A DNA stretch of 64,000 nt. It comes from the human T2T-CHM13v2.0 reference genome, Homo sapiens. Shown one piece after another: positions 30,743 through 44,234 of this stretch. Made by a program: the position numbers and the translations under genes. Each line of letters begins with the position of its first letter. Positions within the stretch are counted from its first letter, which is position 1. The notes beneath the pieces were generated by a model. The model saw nothing but the letters and a program-made list of their open reading frames with translations. It was not told where the DNA came from and did not search any database. The stretch lies in the NCBI RefSeq assembly GCF_009914755.1, contig NC_060934.1; one strand, given 5' to 3'.

Positions 30743-30971
30743 TGGCTGGGCATGGTGGCTCATGCCTGTAATCCCAGCACTTTGAGAGGCCGAGGCAAGA
30801 GGATTGCTTGAGGCCAGGAGCTCAAGACTAGCCTGGGCAGCATAGTGAGATCCTGTCTTTACAAAAAATAAAAAAGTTAGCTGGGCATGGTGGTACATGC
30901 ATGTAGTTCTCCCACCTATTTGGGAGGCTGAGACAGGAGGATTTCTTGAGCCCAGTAGTTTGAGGCTGCAG
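30743..30971 (+). mobile_element. 3'-truncated AluJ inside Tigger1
   Basis: J diagnostics; ends abruptly at gaggctgcag with no tail. Confidence 0.88.
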
Positions 30972-32809
30972 GGTTGCCACAAACCTTCAATTTGTAAAAA
31001 CTCCAATATCTGTGAAGTGCAATAAAATGAAGCACAGTAAAACGAGGTGTGTGTGTACCTAGGAGTAGAATGGCTGGATGGATCATATGGTAATTCTATG
31101 TTTAACTCTTGAAGAGCTGCCAAATTGTTTTACACAGCTGTTGTACCATTTTACATTCCCACCAGCAACGTAGGAGGGTTCCAGTTTCTCCATGTCCTTG
31201 CCAACACTTGTTATTTTCCTCTCTTTTAATTATAGCCATCCTAGTGGGGGTGAAGTTTTATCTCATTGTGGTTTTTATTTGGATTTCCCTAATGACTGAT
31301 GATATTGAGTATCAAAGTTCTCGTTGACCATTTGTTTATCTTCTTTGGATAAATGTCTCTTCAAGTCATTTGCCCATTTTAAACTTGGACTAAAGTTTTT
31401 GAGTTCTGAAAGTTACTTATGTATTCTGGATACTAGATCCTTGTCAGATATATAGTTTGCAAATATTTTCTTTCCTTCTATAGATTTTCTTTTGACTTTC
31501 TTGAAGTTGTTTGATGCAAAAAAAGTTTTAAAATTTGATGAAGTCCAATATAATTTTTGTTGTTGCTCATGCTTTTGGTATTATATCTAAGAATTCATTG
31601 CCAATTCCAAAGTAAGATTTACCCTATATTTTCTTCTGAAAGTTTTCTGGTTTTAGCTCTTAAATTGTTAATCCATTTTGAGTTAATTTTTATAAATGGT
31701 GTGAGGTAGGGGGTCCAGCTTCATTCTATGTGGATATCCAGTTGTACCAGCACCAGTTGTTGAAGAGGCTTTTTTCCCCCACATTGAATGGTATTAGCAC
31801 CCTTGTTGAAATCAGTTGACTATAGATGTATAGGTTGAAATCAGTTGACTATAGATGTATAGGTTTATTTCTGTGCTCTTAATTCTTTTCCACTGATCTA
31901 TGTCTATTCTCATGGCAAGTTGATAGCTTTTACCTGTGGTATATGGTAGTATAGAGTATTGATTTTTCAAGCTTTGATTACATTGTAAACTTTTTTTTTT
32001 TTACAAACATGGTAAATTTATTAAAGAAATTATTTCCTTTAAAGTATCAGATTTATAAGAACAATAACAGCAACAACACACAAACTTATTGGATGGTTTT
32101 ATTTAAAACTTTTTGGTGTATTTTATCATTTCTCTGACTGCATATGGAATAGTGATGCAGATACATAGTATATCAGTGTGCATTGTAATTGAATTTTCAC
32201 TGTAAGTTAAATTTACCTTGAGCCTCTAAATAAATAGTTATGTAAATTCATCCTGCCAAAAGATGTGATGGTGCCAGCTATAGAAGTACCAGAATAGTAA
32301 CAGCTGTCTGGTGCAGATTTGGGCTAAGCATCACATCAAGAAGGAATCACATGTCTGTAGTCTCTAGAGAAACAGTTCTTGGCACCTAATGGTTTTTTAA
32401 CTTTAATCAGTACAATAAAAGTTGCAGTACTTTAGGACCAGAATATGATACACCTTTTAAGTCTATTTTAATCTATAATGTCTCTCTTTTTCTTTTTTTT
32501 CTTGTAATAATTTACTTGCTAAAGAAACTTTTTTTTTTCCTTTGTTTCTTATAGTCTGGCTCTTGCTGATTGAATTCCTTTGGTGCAGTTTAGCATGTTC
32601 CTCTGTGTTCTGCATCTCCTGTAGGTTGGTATTTGGATATAGAGGGGATCTAAAAAACATTTTTTCTTGTTGCTTTATGTTCACATGATAGGTGATGTTT
32701 GTGTCTTCCATCAGGAGGCACATCATACCTGCTTATCTCTCTTTCCAGTACATTAACTAGTTTATTTTGATTCACTTTAGTTTTAACAATTCAAGGGTTT
32801 TTTAGAGAG

Positions 32810-33045
32810 GATGGTGTAGAGCATAAGATAGGAGATCTAGAGTGCGGTAATCTGGATTCAGGCTTTGACTCTTGGCCTACTAGTTTTGGAATTTTGGAAA
32901 ATCACTTCCCCTGTGTATTAAGTTCCTTATCTGCTGGGGATGATTATGCCTACTCCTAGGATTGTTTAGAAGATTAAAAGAGTTAACATATGGAAAAGAA
33001 CCTTGTACAGAGCCTAGCATGTAGCAAGTGGTCACTAAATTTTAA
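32810..33045 (+). mobile_element. MIR
   Basis: ttggaaaatcacttcccctgtg...ttccttatctg...cctactcctaggattgtt...agagcctagcatgtagcaagtg. Confidence 0.65.
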
Positions 33046-33437
33046 CTTTTGTTGTTTTGTGAATTTAAAAATATTCTAAAATAATCTAAAGGATAGATTA
33101 TCTTGATTTGTGAGGAAATTAAAATTTGGATAACTATTTTTTTTGGCTCACCTGGGGTTTTTTTAGGGAAAAAGTAAGTAAATTATTCAGCTGAGGTGAG
33201 TAGCTCTCTGTTGTCCCCATCACAGTGAATAAATAGTTACATTTAGTAACCACTCTTCACAAACTGAATTTCAAAAGTGATTTTTGTCAATGCCTCAGAT
33301 GTTGGTGTGTGTTCATTTTAATTGACCTTACCTAATGTTGGCAAGTTGCCCCCTCATTGAACAGATTTGCAGTCCATGAGAAATACTTTCCTGTTTCATA
33401 GGGAGCTTACTGTTAATATTTTTATTTTACAGTGTAA

Positions 33438-33620
<183 letters not shown>

Positions 33621-34304
33621 TAAAAGCACAGAAAGTTGTATTTAAGTATTTAACATACTATACAGGCTTTAGAATTTGTCTTCTTAAGCAGTATATTTTT
33701 AGATTTATTTCTACTGGCTGTCCTCTCTGCCCTGCACCCCTGACCTCTACTGTTTTGTTTGAATTTCAGAAGGTGAAACTAAGTTTATTTGATAAAAATT
33801 AATGCTTCTGTATATATTTTTCCCTCGAGAGAGAAATACTCTCTCTGGTGGCAAATTAGGTTTTAGAAAATTAGAACTTGAGTCACAGAAAAAAATAACA
33901 ATTGAAGCTGTCCCAAAAATAAGAAATACTTTTTTTGTAACATGTATTTCAAACAACAGCTAAAATAAAGACCAGGGATAGATGATTTTCTTGCATTAAG
34001 GAGGCTTAATACCAGGGTCCCTTTAGTGAGATTAAATTTAGGTTTAAGATGCTGCATCTAGGATAGAGACTATTATTTTTAAATAAATAAATGACTTAAC
34101 CACATGATACTCTTGCACATATGTAGTCCTTTTATTTTGTAGTGTCAGATTTGAGTCAGTCATTGTAATGCCATCCATGAACTGAAATGCAGTTTGATTT
34201 TATTGTTGCCTTGCAAAACACAGGGGTAAATGCTACAATTTAAAAAATTGGAATCCCAGCCTTAAGAGGCCTGAGATTAGATATCATCTGTGAAGTAGTT
34301 TTAA

Positions 34305-34628
<324 letters not shown>

Positions 34629-35728
34629 TTTTGGAACTTTTTATCTTCAAATAAAAATTGGTGTAGAAGTTAAAAATGGGGTTGTATGTTGCAAGGAAGT
34701 ATGTGCAAAGCAAGGGATGAATCTCTAGCAGACTTCTAAGCTGATTTTTGTCCAGTAGGCTTCTCGTGTGGGTGAGGAATGGAAGGTCTAGGGAAGAGCA
34801 GAGACTTATACAAGATTCTGTTCTGTTTCACAGAGCAGGAACTAGGTCTGCTGATAAGTAGTCTAGTATTCTTCACTATATACTGATTTTAGATTAGACA
34901 AGATATATATGTGTCTATAGTAGATACTAATGTGTGTATGTTTATTTATGTAGAATTTGAGTTGTAAGGGACCTCTCCTCACCCATATGAGCCATTGCAC
35001 AGTTCTGCCTATTTTCTCTCCCTGATTTTTCTCTCTCTTCACAAGGTCTGGTTGACATATGTATGGTTTCTCCTGAATTTTACTTGAAGCTCCTTGATTA
35101 TTTTTCTGTGTTCCTACATAATAGATTCTTCTTGTCATTCTTCCTTTATCAGTACTACCCATTTAGCAGAGCTAAAAGGAGTTAAGTACAAAATAGAATA
35201 TATTTATTACCCTGAATAAAACTTGAACTTGGAATTCAGAGGAAAGTTACACAGCTAGTAGAAGGAGTTGAAGTCTTCATGGAAGTGGTAACATTTGAAA
35301 TTGACTTAGAAGTTTGGATATAATATTGGCTAAGAGATGGAAAAGTTGAGTATTCCAGTGCTCAAAGAACAGTGTGGGCAGAGATCAAAGCAAGAGAGCC
35401 TATGGCGTGTTTGGAGACTAGATCACTTTGGCTATAGCACTCAGCTAGGTCTTGTCCACATAAACTTTTAAAATCCAGATCTCTATGTTAGAATTAATGC
35501 ATTGGCTTTTCTGGACACAGTGCCAGTTTATTTTTTAAGTACAGAATTTAAATATTTTTTAGTTTGTTCTTATTAATTTTATATCTTCTTTCCAACTTAG
35601 GAAATCTTGATTCTGCCAGCCAGTGTATTAGCCATTAGTACCAACTTGGTGTCACTTTTAAATGTAATAATCAAGACATACCTACTCTTGAAAACTTTAG
35701 TAAAATGTCTTGCTAAGATTATTATATT

Positions 35729-35942
35729 ATTTTCTTTCTTTATCAAGGTTATTATGTTCAGTATAACCGTGTTATTGCATCTTGACATAAGCAATTAGAT
35801 TGAACCATATGAAATTGCTAATATACAGCCATTTTGAATTACTAAAAAAATGGCAATGTCATATGGTTCAATCTAGTTGCTTATGTCAAAGTATAATAAC
35901 ATGGTTATACTGATCATAATAACCTTGGTAAAGAAAGAAAAT
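35729..35942. repeat. 90-bp inverted repeat with 34-nt spacer
   Basis: Arms 35729-35818 and 35853-35942; 81/90 complementary by manual alignment, no indels. Confidence 0.95.
35796..35875. mobile_element. MADE2 (mariner-derived 80-bp MITE)
   Basis: TAGATTGAACCATATGAAATTGC...GCAATGTCATATGGTTCAATCTA; TA at both ends; 80 bp; fits the remembered MADE2 consensus. Confidence 0.8.
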
Positions 35943-38171
35943 TAGTTTGATTCCTCTATTATTAGGAAGCCACTTCTTCCCCTGACCACTGCTTCCTTTA
36001 CCACTAACCATGGGTTTAAAAATTCTTTCTAGTGTTTATTAGGGATCACTTTGGGGCTTCCTGTGTTTTGTCCAGGAGGTTGGTAATCATGGAGAATGAA
36101 ATAATTAAGTTGCTGTATGAGGGAGTGCATTTGAAGATATTCGAAAAAGTATTTGGCAAAATGAGTTTAGGAACTCATAATCAACAAATGGCCTATTTCC
36201 CTTTTTTTCTTAAATGTTCTATTAGTTTGTTATTTCTTGTTCATTGTCAAGTAACAAATTTTGAATCTCATTTTTTTCCAGTCGAACCTGATGGTAATCA
36301 TACTAGTCCACAGAAACTGCGTATTTTGAATATTGTTTTTTCTCTCAGCTACTTAAATTTCCCCATAGTGTACTACTATTACTGTGACACTTTATGTCAT
36401 GCTTTGGTTTCTCATTTGTCTTCCTTCCACAAAGGCTTAGAGCTCTATTCAGCAGTTAAAATAATAGGCTCATGAAAAACTGAAAAGAAATAAATTATTA
36501 CCCTTAAATGGAAGGGTAACAGTTTTTGAAAAAATCACTTTGGTGGTAGTTAGAGATTCTTGAAGACATATTTACATTTCTTTTCCTTCTTTAAAGTTAA
36601 AAACCAAAAACCCATAAATCTAAAACGTTATACATAAGAATACAAATAGCTTTTTAATGTTATACATTAATGAATTATAATTTTATTTTATATGCATATT
36701 TACTATTGATGATTTATATTTGGAAGCTTGTACGTAGTATATAGTTTAAAGCAGAACATAATTAATGGAGTTTTACAATATATAGGTGTGAAAGTTTTTA
36801 AAAGATCTGTCCCTGTCAACAATAAGCAGTTCATGTTTGGGACTCTTAAGTCTTTGAAATGTCTAGGCTTCCAGTTACCTCCTAATCATTCATTAGAACA
36901 AGCCAATAGATTTTTATATTTTTAAGTACGTTATTATAAAGTCAGTTGAAAAGTTGATCCTGTCTTATCTCCAGCAGAAATAATTTTCAAAATCAACTAA
37001 AACTAATGTTTTCATTTTTACTTCTGAAATCTTCTATCAGTCTTTTATCAGTCTTCTATCATAGAAATGAAATTTATATTCTTGATTTGTTTTCCCCAGA
37101 TTCTTTTGTCTGGTTTTCCTACCTCTATCTTCCTCTTCTATAATCCCTTCAGTTTATTATAAGATATATTATAAAAAGAGCATAATTTTGATTCCAGATC
37201 TGCTCATAAGCCTTCTTCGTTGGCCTCAAATTCTCTACGATATAAATTCTTTGCTACTTTTTTATTTAGGTCCTCTATGATTAGGTTCTCAGTTCAAGTT
37301 TTCAGACCACCATTTTGTACTACAATCTTACAGGACACTGCATTACAGCCCCACATAGCCCCCCTCTCTCTTTCTAGTACAGAGCTGTGCATCTTCCATT
37401 GTTTGCTATAGTTTGTCCATTTTCTCTGCTTGGAATATTCTCCCCTGCTTTTTGTGTTTCAAAATTTTCCTTAACCTCCAGCCTAAATGTTGTTCATCAC
37501 TTCAGTCTTTCTGGATAGCTTCAACCAGAGATGATTCTCCCTCTATGTTTACCTTTAGCTCTTTTGATGCAAACCACATCTGAAACTTACGGGAAGAATG
37601 AAAATACTGTGTGTGAAAGTGCCTACATTCCCTGCATATGATAAAGAGAAGCAAACATTTTTTTGTGGAAAAAAAAGTATCAATGTAGATTAATATGGCA
37701 TAAAAAACAGTAAACCATTTAAATGGGGGGAAATGCAGTCCATTTTTGTCAAGAGATACTTGATAAAGAAATTTTAATAGAACGAAGTAATATGTATAGT
37801 CTTTTTAAGTATCTTACAATTATATTTGTTTTCTGCCTGTAAATATTTCCCCCTTGCTTTCAGGAACAAAATCTGATCTTGTTCATGGCTTTTTAAGCTC
37901 ATGAGAAAGTATTAGTTTAGCTCCAGTGATAAAAATAGCCTTTTAGTCATAGAATGCATGATAATGGAACAGAGTAGGATTCAGTTTTGTTATCCAAGCT
38001 ATGGACTTGATTTCAGACCTAGTAAAAATTTGAACAGAAGAAAAGTTCATTTGTAAAATGTGATATTAAAAAATTGAGTTTTTAACTTTTCAGAAGTATA
38101 TGTGGAACATTATATTATAAAATGAATTCATAATATTGGATATTAAGTATATATTAATACTTTGTTTCTAG

Positions 38172-38228
38172 AACCTACCTTCTGGATCATCACGTGTTGG
38201 AGCCATTAAGCTTACCTACATTTCAAAG
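38172..38228 (+). CDS. PLEKHA1: PLEKHA1 exon 3 (aa 48-66)
   Basis: tttctAG|AAC...AAG|GTAGTC; 57 nt; NLPSGSSRVGAIKLTYISK, in frame with exon 2. Confidence 0.96.
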
Positions 38229-38846
38229 GTAGTCTTTATACATTGTCTTATACTCGTGTGAATTAAAATCCCTGTGAATGAGAGTATGAATAGAAGCAGC
38301 AGTTTCCTTTCCATGTCCTTTAACAGTGATGTTCAGATTCCTATCATACTGAAATGGTACCTGATTACTACGTTTAGGAAATTCTTTAAATCGATACAGT
38401 TATGAAGAATATGATTTTAACTTACAGGATGTGGCAAATTGCAAAAGTTAACATTAACTTTTATGATCAGGTATATGAACATCAGAAAGGGAGAAATCAG
38501 TGAAACAAATTCTATCTTGAGAAAGTCTGGAGATTTTTCTAAGTCTGTATTATGTTTACTTAGACTGTTTTCAACTTTAAATCCCATTGTCTTTCATACT
38601 TTGTTTCTTAATGTTTTATTTTGAGGAAAATATGGACCATTTTCATGTTGAAAGGATGATTTTCCCCCTCTTTTCACTTTGTCTCTTTTCATTTCTGTTT
38701 TCTTATTTGTTTTTCTGGTAATTTTGCAATACTATTTTTTATTTTTTAAAATTTTGATTTTATGTTTGTCAGGTACATTTTTTTCTTATTTTCTTCTATT
38801 AATGTTTAGGGAACTAAGAGATGCTGAGGTGCTAACCCTATGGGTT

Positions 38847-38881
38847 TGTGTGTGTGTGTGTGTGTGTGTGTGCATGTGTGT
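38847..38881. repeat. (TG)n microsatellite
   Basis: Read directly. Confidence 0.95.
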
Positions 38882-39829
38882 TACATAAAAGTAATAAAAG
38901 TTTGTTGATTACTTATATATGAGATGCAAAAGGTAGCAACAGTATTATTAAATAATATGGGTACTGTTATGCATATACTGAGATCTGTTGGCAAAGGTAG
39001 ATCACTTCAACAGAAGACCAATTTACAAATGTGCCTCTGTTTAGAAGATAGATGTTATATAAATAAAATACTTTATATTAGTATTACAGTAGAGGTATTC
39101 ATTCTCATTGACCAAAAAGAAAAGAAAAGAGCCCTTGGACAATAAAGATTACACATTTAAAAGGAAACATTTTTCTGTTAAGATCATACTATGTAAATTT
39201 ACATACGACAAATATTGTATGGAAGCTCTTTCTTGAAATCAGTAAAGTAGGTGGGGTAACTGGCCAGCTGCTTTCCTCTCCTCCATTGCTCTTCTTTTAA
39301 AATAGAACCTTTTTTCTGTGCAGTTCTGTAACTTTCATCTTGTCCTCCTGCTTCCTGAAGTTTAAATTGTGCAGTTTGTACTCTACTTTGGACGTACCAC
39401 TTTTTTTCCAAAAAAAAATTTATTGTTCCAAAAATTTATTTCTGGAACAAACTTTTGTGTGACTCAGAACTGTGAGTTTGTAGTTGGGATCAATGAGGAA
39501 CCCCAGGCTTAGAATTCCTTTTGAAGGTGCAAAACGGATGCTACAATTATAAGTTCTATCACTGGACAACAGCATGGCAATAGTTGTGAATGAGCTTCTG
39601 GGAGGTACTTGATTTAAAGGGATAGCAGCAACCAAATGCAGCTAGTTGCCTCATCTTCTAAAATGAACCATGAGCTGCATTTAATAAAGTGATCCCATTA
39701 TCCTAGGGCATTCTCCTGTACAAGAGAGGATCCAGTCCCATTTTGATCTCCTCATAGCAGATTAATGTCTTAATCTTAATTATTAAGATTAAGATTAATT
39801 CAATTAAATGCCTGGATTTGTGGACTTTA

Positions 39830-40129
<300 letters not shown>

Positions 40130-40587
40130 TAGATTTGTGGACTTTAAATACACAGTCTCCTCTTTACCCAGCCCCATTTTTGCTTAAAAATCATAGCTAA
40201 TTTAGAAATATGTTATTTGGGAAGAATGCATAGTTCTTGTAGAATATTCATTGAGGATATTTTGAAAATTATTTTAAACTAAAAATACTTGTGTGTATGA
40301 CATAAAGCCTAATGGTTTACTTTCAGCTTCTCTCTGACATTTCTTTGAAGAGAAAACAAGTTGTTCAAAGAAAATATGGAAGTATTATTTGTTACCTCTT
40401 ACAGTTGGGAACTGCATCCTATGTATTTAAATTTGCCATCCTCTTTTAGTTGTCTTTAATTTTAAGTCTGTTTACTAAATGTGTATGATTATTGGGGAAT
40501 CATACATGTGGAAGTTTACATAGTATATAAGGTTGGTTTTAGGATTATATGGAGAAGTGAGGAACCCGTCTCTATTTTTCTTTTTAG

Positions 40588-40633
40588 GTTAGCGATGCTA
40601 CTAAGCTAAGGCCAAAGGCGGAGTTCTGTTTTG
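40588..40633 (+). CDS. PLEKHA1: PLEKHA1 exon 4
   Basis: tttttAG|GTT...TTG|GTAAGT; 46 nt; VSDATKLRPKAEFCF plus 1 nt. Confidence 0.96.
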
Positions 40634-41049
40634 GTAAGTAGCCATGTTATATATATTTTAAATAGACTGATATAATTGTATCATATTGTAAAAGAAAACT
40701 GTTGCAGAAAACCACACAAAACCTAGGGCTTAATGAATTATTCTAAAGTGAATTCCCTTGTAACTGCTATACAGATAAGGAAATAACATTTTGCACCCCC
40801 TCTCCCCTAACCCTGAAGCCTCTTTCCTGTGTGCGGTCCTAGTTACAAACATCTCCTTCTACCCATATGTAACTGTTATTTTGGCATTTATAATGATCAC
40901 CTCCAGTGAGATTTCAGGGAATTTTAAACTTTCTACGTCATGTTATTCTATATTAAACATATAAATAATTAAAAGGATTTGGTCTTTAGCTTTTGGGTAG
41001 TGAGAAATGCTCAGTTTGGGGTAGGAGTAGTTGAGGGTATTGGATTAAC

Positions 41050-42020
41050 TTACCCAGCAAATGTTTAGTATATGCCAGGCACTGTGCTTGGCACTGGAGC
41101 TGTAAGATGAATAAGAAACAGTTGCTGCCCTTAAGGCTGGTTGGCTCATAAATAAAAAATACCAGGCAATTAATATTGCAGTTGTCACAACCTGTAGATA
41201 AAGGGATATGCAGTCTATTAAAGCACAAAGAATGACCTTCAAATCTTTATTGGGGAGCTCAGGAGTCGGGGAGCCTCACTGGAGGAGGAGATGCTTACGT
41301 TGGTGGCCAGCTAGCCTCCTGCTTATATCCTTTACCACTGCAGAGAAAAGGCAGGAGGACTACATGCAGAGGCTTGTGGGGAGAAGAGCGTGGTGTCTCT
41401 GGAGCTGAACACTCTGAAGCTAGAGGGTATGATAAATGGCTAGAGAGTAAAAAGGCAGGCAGAAGCCAGGGTGCTGTGTTTTGACGAGCAATAGGTTTTA
41501 TTACTTTGAACAAAGGAGAAGAAAAAGAGAGCATCTGGAAAGCAGACATAAGGTGAAGGAGGGTTTTGTTTGTTTGTTTGTTTTTTTGTATGCATAGGAA
41601 AGTTTTGATATAGGTAGACTGGGTAAGTGTCTTTTGAACTACTGTACTTATGTAAGGTCCTGAGTTAGGGTGGTGGCAATAGGAGAAGGAGGAAGGGTGA
41701 AAAGAAGGAAAAGTGCAGGGGCTTGGTGGATATGGGGGAATTGGAGGGAAGAGAGAGGTAGCAGGGAAGTTTGCTTCAAGTAAAGAAATGAGAAATCAGG
41801 GAGAGCTGGTTACATAGGGTAAAATGTTTGCTATGGAGTTGAAATGGTGGGGAACTTCCAAATGGAAATGTTCTGTTGACAGTAATCGAGGACTGGATGG
41901 AGCTTTAGGGTCAAGAATGGAGAAATTCGGAGTCTGTTGAAAAGTGGGTGGTAGTCGAAGCTAGGAGAATTGATACCCTCTCAGAGAGTATGTTAGTGGA
42001 CATGAGTGACTGAAGGAACG
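41050..42020 (-). mobile_element. L2 fragment (diverged)
   Basis: cagcaaatgtttagtatatgccaggcactgtgct tail followed by a purine-rich L2 body. Confidence 0.6.
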
Positions 42021-43816
42021 AATATTTGGAGTGGTCAACTAACATCAAAAGAGACTTTCACATTAAAGTGAGAGATACTTTTGGGAGTAGAATTGAAGTT
42101 CTTTGCTCTCTTTTGCTTGAAAAGGGCAGATTTCTTTAGGCAGTAGTTAGGAATAGCATCTTGATATGAGCAAGATGAAACGTGGCTGTCAAGGGAATCC
42201 TCTAAAATGCTTTTATCTCACTATGAAGCTATTTTTAAAAGTTACATGTTTATTACTAATTATAATTTTGGTTACGAAACAGGAAAATGCCTCAGAGCCT
42301 TGTAATTGAATGGGTATTGCAAGTCAAATAACTGAGAACTTTGTATTTTAGAATGTATAATGCACATACTTTTGACAACCCTTTTTTTTCTAAAATCTCA
42401 AACTTACAGGAATAGTAACATACAGTAATAGACTTGACATTCATAGTTATTGGAGTATTTAGAATGGGTGATTTTAGTTGGAATCAAAAACTAAGATTAG
42501 TCGTTCATTGGTCAGGCAATAGTTTATTAGTCCTCTACTGTTAGTGGGAGTAAAGATTCATGAAATGCTTACCTTCAGAGAGAGAAGCACTGACTTCTAA
42601 AATAGAACCACAACTTTCATTCAAAGTGGCAACATATCTTCTCTCAGATTGTCCCAAACCAGTGAGAACAAGAAACGTGCAAGCCATTTTTGATGGAGGG
42701 AGCAGAGTATCTGTAACCCTCAGTGTATAAAGTTGGAAAGTAGATAGAGGAATGGTAGATAATTTAGCAGAGTGGAGGAAGAGGCCAATGAAAAGCTAAC
42801 CATTTAAGTGTTCTGCCCCCACCCCAACTCTAGATAGGCTTAGGTATAGGAGATACATTTTCTGGGGAAGCAACAGTGAGGAAGGACCAAAAACAGGGAC
42901 TTTGTTTGCATATCTGTATCAGAAACAACCTCTGTTCCCTACCTCCAATCGGGCAGACACCCTTCTTCTGTCCCAGCAGGTAATGGGATGTGTGGTGTCT
43001 CCAGAAATAGAATCAGTGAGGCTGTATATTTAGGGGCACTAGTCCCAGAGAACGAAAGGAATGAGGCACGAAACTGAAAATAGGAAGATATCTTAAATGA
43101 AAGTCTGCACAATCAGTGCAACCCCAGCCCCAGAGCACTGGGCAGCCAGGTTTAGGTGAGTAAGATCTGACTACCCTAGAGAAAAGATCCATAGATACTG
43201 ACTGACATCTGGGCATTTCTACTAGAAGAGCTTGCCATAGTTGACTAGTAAGGTCCACAATCAACAGCCCTACGACAATGCAAGAGAGCTTTTCATCAGT
43301 CTTTTTAGCACTTTCTTTTAAAATATGAATAGACAGCCCAGGATTACTGAACATTTGATGAGAGCGGATTATCAAACAGGAGAAGGAACATGAGACAATG
43401 CAAAACTCATTTTGCATTTCTTTGAAAAAGTCAAAGAAATCTGAAAGTACAACAAAGGTAAAGATAGATAATGGAAAAGAGATAAAAACCATCAAGGAAG
43501 TCCAACATCTGATAGAGACTGAGAGGACAGAGGAAAGTACAGAATAGAGAAAACAGAGTGGGGAAAATTGACAAAGAATATGATAAAATACCTTAGAACC
43601 TCTTGATCCAAAACCGTATATTCATAACCAGTTGATCTCAGGTTGTGAGATGATTTTTGTTTGCAGTTAAGCTAATGTTTATGCTTCAAGTTTTATCCAT
43701 TTTATGTATTCATTCTAATCATAAAGATTTGAAGTTAAATACTCAAGTGGAAAAGATAGGAAGGATACAAGCTTCTAGGGATGCATGTATTATTCACAAT
43801 GAAACCCTTGCTTTAG

Positions 43817-44234
<418 letters not shown>

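Larger units (their letters stand above)
28746..31055 (-). mobile_element. Tigger1 DNA transposon, internally deleted, carrying two Alus
   Basis: Both ends recognisable: ctcagagatacgtgggttcagtttcag...gcaata (3' end) and gggttgccacaaaccttcaatttgtaaaaa...aaaacgaggt (5' end); decayed transposase sequence between. Confidence 0.85.
28255..31915 (-). mobile_element. L1MB-type antisense element split by Tigger1 (L1 parts ~28255-28745 and ~31056-31915)
   Basis: L1 text ...ctgtgttcaattct stops at ~28740 and resumes collinearly at tacctaggagtagaatggctgga (31056). Confidence 0.8.

Noticed and set aside
35597-35798. Overlapping sense and antisense hydrophobic ORFs over the hairpin arm (toxin-antitoxin-like look)
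   Set aside because: AT-rich intron gives hydrophobic translations; non-ATG starts; eukaryotic context.
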